The notes beneath the pieces are model-generated. The model did no database searches and was not told where the DNA came from. It saw only the letters and a program-made list of their open reading frames with translations. Both the position numbers and the translations under genes were made by a program. Shown here one piece after another: positions 55,206 through 64,000 of a stretch of DNA of 64,000 nucleotides. Where the stretch lies: the NCBI RefSeq assembly GCF_009914755.1, contig NC_060931.1; one strand, 5' to 3'. Within the stretch, counting starts at the first letter, position 1. The number at the start of each line of letters is the position of its first letter. This DNA is from the human T2T-CHM13v2.0 reference genome, Homo sapiens.

Positions 55206-57189
55206 ACTTTGGTTTCTTCGTCATTTGGCATGGATTTGATTTCTGTCCACAGAATATTCTCTATCTTCTTGTTGTGCTTCAGTCAGCATTGACCCAAATC
55301 TGATAACAAAACACAGTAGAGACACTGGGAAATGCATGCAACAAATGCTTAGGTGTATGGAATATAAGCTTGATTCATGCACATTTTATTTAGCAAAGCA
55401 TTTAATGCTTTTTAAAAAACTATTCAAGATCATCAAGTTTAAAAGTGACCGATGTAGATTATGAGTTGATCTTTGTTTTTTCTAGCATAATGCCGTCTCC
55501 TGAAAGCTGTAAGGGTCCTCATCTCTAATTTTAGGCCCATTCGTGCTCTAATTTTCGTGATTCGTAAAACAAAGATTGTATCCTCCTTCCTCTTAGCTTT
55601 TAATGCTTCAGCTAGAAAATAACATGGCTCTTATTGTACACATGTGTCTGCCATCACATAACTAGCATCTGCCTTATCTTCATATAAAATAGTAAACTAT
55701 CACTTCAGTTCCTCTCTTGCATGAGCTTTTCCATTCCATGGAGCCTGAGAGTCCTCCTGTCCCTGATTGGCTTCACTTGCCGGATGCAAGTCAAGAGACC
55801 CTTATAGCAAGTGGATTTTTTTACTTTAAAAATATATGAGCACAGAATATGTTTAGCCAAATAGAGGAAAGAGACAGATCAACCGTCTCAACTTGCAGAA
55901 GATGCAAAATGAACATTCACCACACTGATCTCTTATTGCCTCTTTCAGGAATTTTATTTGTTGGTAGCCTAAGGCAATACACTTGCTGCTGTTTTTATTA
56001 CTTACTTCAATCAACAACCTGTTTCACTGCACATTATGTAGATCTCAAATTGCACCCCAGATATGGAACCATGAATGTAACCAGCCCCGGATGCAGCCTC
56101 CGCCTCCGGGCAGACCTGTTTTGAGGATGCCTCGAATGAGGCAGTGCAGGCCCTCAGGAATTGCTTGTGTTCTCAAGGTTTTCTTGGGAAGTTTCACATT
56201 TTTATATCAGCTTACAGAGTTTTTTTGGAAGCACTGGGAACAGTTAGACACAGTGCTGAGCTGAGCATGTTAACCCCCTCACTTTTAGAAATAAATAAGC
56301 TTAACACTCAGGGAGGTCTCTGTGCAATGTTCCACATGTCTGCATCACATGTTGCCTGTTATTGCCAGACCTGACAGGTGGGTCACAGGGCTGCTTCCCA
56401 TCAATTTATACAAGGTTTAAAGGGATTTTTACATAATGCCAACACATGTAGTTTTTATTGGATCAAACCCTGATGATTACATTTGCAATTTAATTAAGGC
56501 AGGCTTATTTTTAGAGTTTGCTTTGAAAGACTGGTAGGAAGAGAGGTATGTTATTTCCTCTTACCACACAGGAAAAAGCAACAAATCAAAGTCATTAAGA
56601 GAAGGACAGATAGGTAAATGATTCTAGAATTAAATATAGCATTGAGTTTCACTTATATTTTCATTGTTTAGGGAAGGACAACACAGCCTTTTTACCCTTC
56701 CTTTGCTCCCTCTCATGAATAAGTTAGGTTTTGATCGACAATAGAAAACTGGGGAGAGAGGCTGAACAGGACACTGGATAGCACAGCAGGCTAAGCTGTG
56801 CTTCTTTCTGAAAAAAAATTTCCTCTCCCCTTTAAGAAGCCTGGCCCTACTGTCCACTCTGACTAAGTGAAATCTCCTTCTTAAGGAGAAGTATTTACAT
56901 TCAAATGACTTTTTAAAAATTATAACCACTACTCTCTATAAAATACAAGCCTTTGTCTTTTTACAAAGGCTATTTAACAAATCAGAGAAAAGATTTGGAC
57001 AGAGATATTTTCTGGCAGTCTTGAAATTAAAGCAATTAGGCAGTGGCCTGTTCTTCTAATTAATGGTGGACATGACTATTTGGGCTGGCCTAAGAGAAAA
57101 CCAATTAAATGTCCAGTGAAGGTGATAATGAAATCGTTTTTCTGGATTCCTTTTACAGGCTCTGCAGTAGAGATTCATCCTCCATTTTG

Positions 57190-57600
57190 ACTGCACACAG
57201 TATCTTTTGAAAACCACTCCTGTATTTTCATTTTCCTCACATTATGAGCACACCTCCTCTCTGAGAAAAGCCAGGAACTACATTTTCAGATGCTTCTCAT
57301 CTTGGATGCCTGACGGTGAGCTGGGCTGGCCACTCAGATACAAATCACTGTGACATTTCAGTACAAAGTAGAAGGGCATGAAGAAGAAGGCATATCAGGC
57401 AATTGATCACTTCTATCACAGGGGTCAGAGGGACTTCCTTCTCTCAGGGCAAAGGTTGGGGAGTTTCTGGCAGTAGAATCAGCTGCTTAGCAGAGCTGGT
57501 GTGTACCCTGTTCTGTGCCCAGCAGTGGCTGCAGTGATGTGTCCATGTGGGCAGAGCCCTTAGAGCACCACTGCTCCACGATGACACAGATGCAGAAGTT
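57190..57600 (+). mobile_element. LTR33-like ERVL LTR
   Basis: 'aagccaggaactacattttcaga...ggccactcagatac'. Confidence 0.45.
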
Positions 57601-57809
57601 GAAAGGAAAGCTGAGAAATCTTTAGATTTTGAGTAATTTAGTATCGTCACACCATCCTACGACATGACTGCTTGAACAGGACACCAACTGGCATTTTATC
57701 AGACTCACAGGGTGAGCTTCATGTGGTGAGAGCTGTAAACGAGACATGTTCTATGTGGGCTGCGTATGTGGGTTCTATGTGGGCAGGACCATGTTCAATG
57801 TGGGCTGCA

Positions 57810-58882
57810 TTTTCAGATAAACTATAATGAAGAAATGTATAACCATCCCAGAAAATGGGTCTTTAATGAAAGATAGATGTTTGGAAAAGAATTGTTTCTA
57901 CAGAGTGTTGTAATATGTTCTATACTTTACCTACAATTACCTGAATTAGGTGATGATATTGATAGTGTACAACTGAAAAAGGTTATTGCTAGGATATCTA
58001 ATAAAATTGGATTAAATTTTTAAAACATTTTCATCAAAATTGATTAAATTTTTAAAACCTTTTCATCAAAAAATGTACTTGAAATCAATTTCTTCCATTG
58101 GAAAATATTTTAAAGACAACTATAACTTTACAGATTAAATTGAAATTGGCTACTGATGAAGGACTAAAGTTCAATTTTGAAACTACAGCATTGTCTCAGT
58201 GGTGACCAACTTAATAAATGAATATTTTGTGTTTGCCAAAATTACTCTAAAATGTCTTTCTTTATTCTAATTTACCTCTGTGAGAGAGTTTTTTCTCTAG
58301 TATGATTTTCATTAAAACAGAATACAGAAACCGTTTATATATAAATTATTCCTCAAGAGGAAGATTGTCATCAACCAACCTAAAGTAATTCATTTAACTA
58401 GCAAGAAGCAAGATTATTCATCACATTAAAAACTTAAATATTGATATACATGATGTTCATTCCAGATGTGAGTGCAGGTGTTTAATATGATGATTGCTAG
58501 TTCCTTCAAAACTTTTTGTTTAATTATGATTGTGGAAAAACAAAAAGTTACAAGTAGAGTAATGATTCTCTAAATTAATCACTGATATGCACAATAGCAG
58601 TGAAAAGATACGTTTTGAAATTTTTTCTGTGTGACTGCATTATATTTATTCTGATTATATTTATTGAAATGCAATATGTCTGTTGGATCTAATAATAAAA
58701 GCTTTGAAATTATATTTTTATGCTTTTCATATTTTGTTTTCTACAAAGTATTTTTATTGTATTTTATAAAAGTATGGGTTCATTACTGATATATATGTAT
58801 GCCAATACATATTTACATACATATATAATTTTTTGGAAACATATCTGTATATATGTCACCACAGAAATGTTGAGAAGCCCTG
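57810..58882 (+). mobile_element. hAT-Charlie DNA transposon 3' part with degraded transposase (hATC dimerisation domain)
   Basis: Manual translation across frameshifts: LKLATDEGLKFNFE...NEY..AKITLK...YLCERVFS..MIFIKTEYRNRL...LTSKKQDYSSH* (stop ends 58429); TIR-like ttgagaagccctg followed by Charlie-type target site ttctagag. Confidence 0.85.
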
Positions 58883-59284
58883 TTCTAGAGCCCTCCAAGA
58901 ACATAAATCACATATGCTTCCTGGCTAGATGGCCCCACTCCTGATTCTATGACCTTCTCGGACATCTATAGGTTGCCCCATCATAGCATTGAATACATTC
59001 TCTTTCTGCTCAAAGTGGCTAGAGGGGGCTCTGTGTTTTGTAGCCAAGGCCTCCTCATGGTCGCTCCTCATTCACTCCTCATTCTTTCTTGCCCCTTTCT
59101 TAACCTTTCTACACACTGTGGCCTCAGTAATTATTCCCGTTCAAGTTTGATCTTGTCTTCTGTTGAAACGTCTTTCAATAACTTCCCATTGCTAATAAAA
59201 AAAAGAAAAACTTCAATATATGACTTACAAGACAGGAATGGTGACTTTCCTTCCTTCTTTGTCACTTTCCAACAACTTCTTCTC

Positions 59285-59593
59285 TTTTTTTTTTTTTTTT
59301 TTTTTTTTTGAGACGGAGTCTCGCTCTGTCACCCAGGCTGGAGTGCAGTGGCGGATCCCGGCTCACTGCAAGCTCCACCTCCTGGGTTCACACCATCCTC
59401 CTGCCTCAGCCTGCTGAGTGGCTGGGACTACAGGCACCCGCCAACATGCCTGGCTAATTTTGTTTTTGTATTTTTAGTAGAGACGGGGTTTCACCGTGTT
59501 AGCCAGGATGGTCTCGATCTCTTGACCTCGTGATCCACCCTCCTCAGCCTCCCAAAGTGCTGGGATTACAGGCGTGAGCCACCGCGTCTGTCC
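59285..59593 (-). mobile_element. AluY-like, full length
   Basis: T25 tail; Y diagnostics 'gcaagctccacctcc' and 'ccgtgttagccaggatggtctcgatct'; TSD aacttctt(c/t)tct. Confidence 0.95.
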
Positions 59594-59887
59594 AACTTCT
59601 TTTCTATGTTGCACCTACATTCGCCTTTTTTTGTTTTCAGTTTGTCCAACAGTCCATACTGCTTTCCACCATAGGGCTGCATTTCCTCAACTGACAGTGA
59701 GCTTCCTTTTATTCAGTATTTAAATCCCATTGTTCCTTGAGAGCTCTGTCAAATCCCTTTCTTTAAGGAGGCACTCTAAACAGCTGAGTCTGGTTCACAA
59801 CTTGTTTCGAGTTTGTGTAGTATCGCACATGTCCATTTCATATTATTTGAGGAAAGTAGTTTGTGAAAACACTTGCATCTTCTAGGA

Positions 59888-60228
59888 CAGCGGTCTCAAA
59901 ACTTTTTGGCACCAGAAACCAGTTTCATGGAAGACAATTATTCCATGGACAGGGGGTCGAGGTTGGTTTTGGGAAGAAACTGTTCCACCTCAGATCATCA
60001 GGCATTAATTAGATTCTCATAATGAGCATGCAACCTAGATCCCTCGCATGTGCAATTCACAATAGGTTTCACGCTCCTATGAGAATCTCATGCTGCCGCT
60101 GATCTGACAGGAGGTGGACCTCAGGTGGTAATGCTTACTTGCTCACCACTCACCTCCTGCTGTGTGGCATGGTTCCTAACAGGCCACAGACCAGTACTGG
60201 TCCACAGCCCAGGGGTGGGAGACCCTTG
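59888..60228. mobile_element. MER1B (hAT-Charlie)
   Basis: 'tttttggcaccag...aaactgttccacctcagatcatcaggcatta...gctcctatgagaatct'; 8-bp target-like flanks ttctagga / ctctagag. Confidence 0.93.
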
Positions 60229-60469
60229 CTCTAGAGCAAAATAACTTACATAATTGATGCACTGTATTATCCATTGTGTCCTTAGTGCCAAATCCAGTGC
60301 AAATCACAAAAAAGAGCACTCAAAAGTCTCAGCTGAATTCCCAACCACACACATGTACTACTGACATAACAGATTGTCAGCCTCTTTGTATGTCAAAGAA
60401 TATATGTTGGAAAAATCATTTTTGAAGTTTACAAAGTATTTAATTATACAGATATACTGAGTTAGGAGA

Positions 60470-60906
60470 CTACAAAGACTTGTGTTCTGGCCAGAATTCT
60501 GCCGACCCAAACAGGGTCTGTTCCCAAGGACGAAGTGAAGATATTAGCAGGAACCAGAAGATGCGCATGAAGGCTGCCCTCATTACTCATTGGTATAAGA
60601 CACTCCCACCAGTGCCATGACAATTTACAAATGCCATGGCAATGACTGGGAAGTTACCACCCTTTCCCTACAAAATTCTAAATAAACTGCTCTTCAGTTT
60701 GCATTGACTTGCACCTTAATTTGAATATAATTGAAAGTTGGTTAATGTGAGTATAAATACAGTTTCCAAGAGCCCATAGGCTGATGACTCTGGGCACACT
60801 GCCTATGAGTTTGTCCTGCTCCTCCATGCCCTTGAATTCCTTCCTAGGGGAAGCCAAGAACCTTCCCAAGCTAAGCCCCATTTTGGGGCTTGCCTGTCCT
60901 GCTATA
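60470..60906 (+). mobile_element. MER50-like ERV1 LTR, partial
   Basis: 'cactcccaccagtgccatgacaatttacaaatgccatggcaa' and terminal 'gccaagaaccttcccaagctaagccccattttggggcttgcctg'. Confidence 0.75.
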
Positions 60907-61172
60907 ATGTTATAAGTTGGCAAATTTTTAATATAGTTAGTTATTTTTAATAATATAGTCACCCCTAGAACCACTACCTACAACAAAAACTATGGAGCCT
61001 ATTGTCCCATCCCTCTGACACATCCATCAGAGGAGATGATCATCTTAAATTCCATGTTAATCCTCTTCTTCATTTCCATAATTTGATACATTTTTCCCCT
61101 TTTTTTGCTGACCTTGATATTGTTAAGGATTACTGGTGAGCTATGTTGTAGAATGTTCCTAGACTTGGGTTT

Positions 61173-61332
61173 ATCTCGTCTTCTGTTGAAACGTCTTTCA
61201 ATATCTTCCCATTGCTAATAAAAAAAAAGAAAAACTTCAATATATGACTTACAAGACAGGAATGGTGACTTTCCTTCCTTCTTTGTCACTTTCCAACTTC
61301 TTTTCTTTTTCTTTCTTTCTTTTTTTTTTTTT
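61173..61332 (+). repeat. Dispersed near-identical duplicate of 59150-59309
   Basis: 'gtcttctgttgaaacgtctttcaata...tgacttacaagacaggaatggtgactttccttccttctttgtcactttccaac' is present at both loci. Confidence 0.97.
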
Positions 61333-61400
61333 CTCATGCTTACACTGGGATTCTGCGTTTAGGGAAGGAAGACCACAAGCATAAAGTGCCATTCAAGTGA

Positions 61401-61430
61401 CATCACATCACATCACATCACATCACATCA
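61401..61430. repeat. (CATCA)6 pentanucleotide repeat
   Basis: Direct reading; expanded from an L1 'catcacatca' seed. Confidence 0.95.
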
Positions 61431-61456
61431 AGGCTATGCACTGTCAACATGACTCA

Positions 61457-61759
61457 GGCCGGGCGTCGTGGCTCATACCTGTAATCCTAGCACTTTGAGA
61501 GGCAGAGATGGGAGGATCACCTGAGGTCAGGAGTTTGACACCAGCCCAGCCAACATGGTGGAACCCCATCTCTACTAAAAATACAAAAAAATTAGCCAGG
61601 GGTGGTGGTGGACGCCTGTAATCACAGCTACCTGGGAGGCTGAGGCAGGAGAATCACCTGAACCCAGGAGGCAGAGGTTTCAGTGAGCCAAGATCATGCC
61701 ATTGCACTCCAGCCTGGGTGATAGAGCAAGACTCCATCTTAGGAAAACAAAACAAAAAA
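61457..61759 (+). mobile_element. AluSx-like, full length
   Basis: 'gatcacctgaggtcaggagtttga'; TSD catgactca. Confidence 0.93.
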
Positions 61760-61967
61760 GCATGACTCATCATGGTTGGTGTAAAACTGATCACCTGGCT
61801 GACATAGTGATTGTCAGATTTCTCCACTATGAAGTGATTAACTTCCACCTTTCCACTCTGTACGGCAGAAGGAAGTTACTGCACCCAACACAAAATTAAG
61901 GGATGATGAATAATGCTTCACCTCCTTGAAGGGAAAATGTCTACATATATTATTTAGAGTTTTTCTG

Positions 61968-62271
61968 GGCTGGTCATGGTGGCTCAGACCCGTAATCCCA
62001 GCACTTTGGAAGGCCAAGGTAAGTAGATCACTTGAGCCCAGGAGTTTGAAAGCAGCCTGGGCAACATGATAACACTGTAGCTCTACCAAAAATATAAAAG
62101 TTAGCCAGCCATGGTGGCTTACACCTGTAGTCCCAGCTACTTGGGAAGCTGAGGTGGGAGGATCACCTGAGCCCAGAAGTCGAGGCTACAGTGAGTCATA
62201 ATTGCACCACTGCACTCTAGCTTGTGTGACATAGTGAGACCTTGTCTCTTAAAAACTAAAATAAAACAAAA
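61968..62271 (+). mobile_element. AluJ-like, full length
   Basis: J diagnostics 'cttgagcccaggag' and 'ggaggatcacctgagcccagaagtcgaggctacagtgag'; TSD gagtttttct. Confidence 0.92.
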
Positions 62272-64000
62272 TCGAGTTTTTCTATATGAGATTTGTCTTT
62301 TATCATTCACTTACTAATTTAGTTAAGCATTTATTTATATCAATATGGACTTGTGGATTTTTATTTATATACTTAGTGTTATAATCCAATATTACATACT
62401 TTTGTTGCTCAAACTGTTGCAGGTGAAACCTTTTTTTCCCAGGCTCCGTTATTATTCCCTCACTGTTATGTTTGCTTTGTTTCTTTTGGGTACATCCTTA
62501 TTTCCATTGCTACAAAATGCTTCAGAATTACTGTGTATGTTCCATGACCCATATTTAGGATCAGCCATTTCTTCAGGATCTCTCTAGTTCTTTGACTGGA
62601 GAGGGTATTTAGAAACCAATATCTGGATACAGGGTGTGCTTATTTTCATTGTTTCTAGGATGTATCAGCCGGCAACAAAAAAATAAATTTACACATACGA
62701 ACTCATGAATATGCACATATCTATAAATATTTCTATGTGGATCTATATATATTAAGTTAAACATGAGTTCATAATGATGTCTCTCACTCTAATCCAATAC
62801 CTCATTGATCATTCCATTGTTTTCCTTTTGATTTTATGTAAGCTTTAACTCCATCAGTGAGAAACCTGGCTCGGATTACCTGCCAATTGTTTACTTATTT
62901 TTCAATTTCATTATACGAGTGTTAGAGTTGTTAATCAATATCCCATGAAAAACAATTTGATCTACTATACTACAGAGTTTATATTTAACTTATTTTGCCA
63001 CTAGTTTTACAGTCTCTACTCACTTCCAGAGTTGCTTGGGTCAGAAATCATGTCTCCATTTCTCTCAGTGAGGTTATTTTCTACATTTATAATGCAATCA
63101 GATTATTTTGTCACAATCTGAATTCTATCCTAGCCTTGCTCAAGCTCCTAAATAATTTTCTTTAAATTTCACACATCAATGTCCATTCATATGTGCTATA
63201 AAGTTCTATGGGTTTTGAAAAATTCATAATATCATATATCTACCATTTTGGTGTCACACAGAACTTCATCACCCTAAAAAACAAAAATCAAAACAAAAAT
63301 TCCTTGCACTTCAGCTATTCATTTTTGCAAACCACTGGCTATCACTGATCTCTTTCTGTCATTATAGTTTTGCCTTTCTCAGAATGTCAAATAAATAAAA
63401 TCATACAACATGTAGTGTTTTCAAGAATGGCTTCTTTCACTTAGAAACGTACATTTAAGATTCATCCATGGTTTTTCATGGCTCGATAGTTTATTCCTTT
63501 TTATCCTTAAATGCTATACATTTTCATAGATGCACCATGGTTCATTTATTCATTCATGTGTTGAAGGGTGTTTTGATTGCTTCCTATTTTTGGCAATTAC
63601 AAGTAAAGTGCTATAAGCATTTGTATGCAGGTTCTTGTGTAACCCAAATTAATCACATCAGTTAGTTAAATACAAAGGAGAAGAAATAGTGGGTCTTAAA
63701 GTAAGAGTATGTTTAGCTTTGTAAAAACTGCAAATCTAAAGTGGCGGAATCACTTTGCATGCCTGCCAGTATTAAACGAGAATTCCTGTTTTTCTGCAAC
63801 TTCACCAGCAATAGGTATTGTCAGTTTTTTTATTTGAACCACTGTAAGATGTGTATAATGATATCTCCTTGTTGCTTTAATTTGCATTTCCTTCAACATA
63901 ATGTTGATCATCTTACCATATGCTTATTTTGTCACCCATATTTTTTATTTAGTGAAGTATCTGTTCAGAACTTTGTCTATTTTTAATTGAATTATTTCTT

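Larger units (their letters stand above)
61090..64000 (-). mobile_element. L1MC/L1MD 3' region, interrupted by a templated insert and two Alus; runs off the window
   Basis: Collinear with the 23.9-25.7 kb copy: 'gaccttgatattgttaaggattactggt', 'ttctatgggttttgaaaaattcataat', 'tggcttctttcacttag'. Confidence 0.87.

Noticed and set aside
57746-57810. CRISPR-like or other prokaryotic repeat-spacer system
   Set aside because: Only a short degenerate tandem mosaic; the DNA is primate (Alu-bearing) with no regular spacers or cas-like ORFs anywhere in the window.
61173-61332. Alu/L1 3' transduction as the origin of the duplicate
   Set aside because: In the Alu's sense the A-tract precedes the flank; there is no terminal polyA or TSD at the new site.

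Overview
This is a gene-poor, AT-rich primate (probably human) intergenic or deep-intronic window, and over half of it is interspersed repeat. The repeats include about 12 Alu/FLAM copies, L1PA13-, L1PB2-, L1MA-, L1MB-, L1MC- and L1ME-type LINEs, and a near full-length nested L1MA at ~29.6-38.4 kb. There are also three HAL1-like pieces, L2 and MIR relics, MaLR/ERV LTRs (MSTA with internal region, THE1, MLT1A, MLT2, MER50, LTR33-like) and DNA-transposon fossils (MER20, MER53, MER30, MER6B, MER1B, a Charlie transposase remnant). I recognise no protein-coding gene, tRNA, rRNA or CRISPR array; almost all ORF-track hits are repeat-derived or chance. I found no convincing new biological system. The most notable observations are rearrangement scars: a ~160-bp templated copy of an Alu tail plus flank pasted 2 kb away into an L1MC, a one-LTR MST provirus flanked by a 67-bp direct duplication with junction microhomology, a micro-inversion and fold-back palindromes. 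Also notable are a CpG-enriched unique block at 13.2-13.8 kb with a 657-nt stop-free frame, candidate enhancer motif clusters and candidate + strand exons. Repeat family names come from my recollection of consensus sequences and need RepeatMasker/Dfam confirmation; boundaries of old repeats are approximate.
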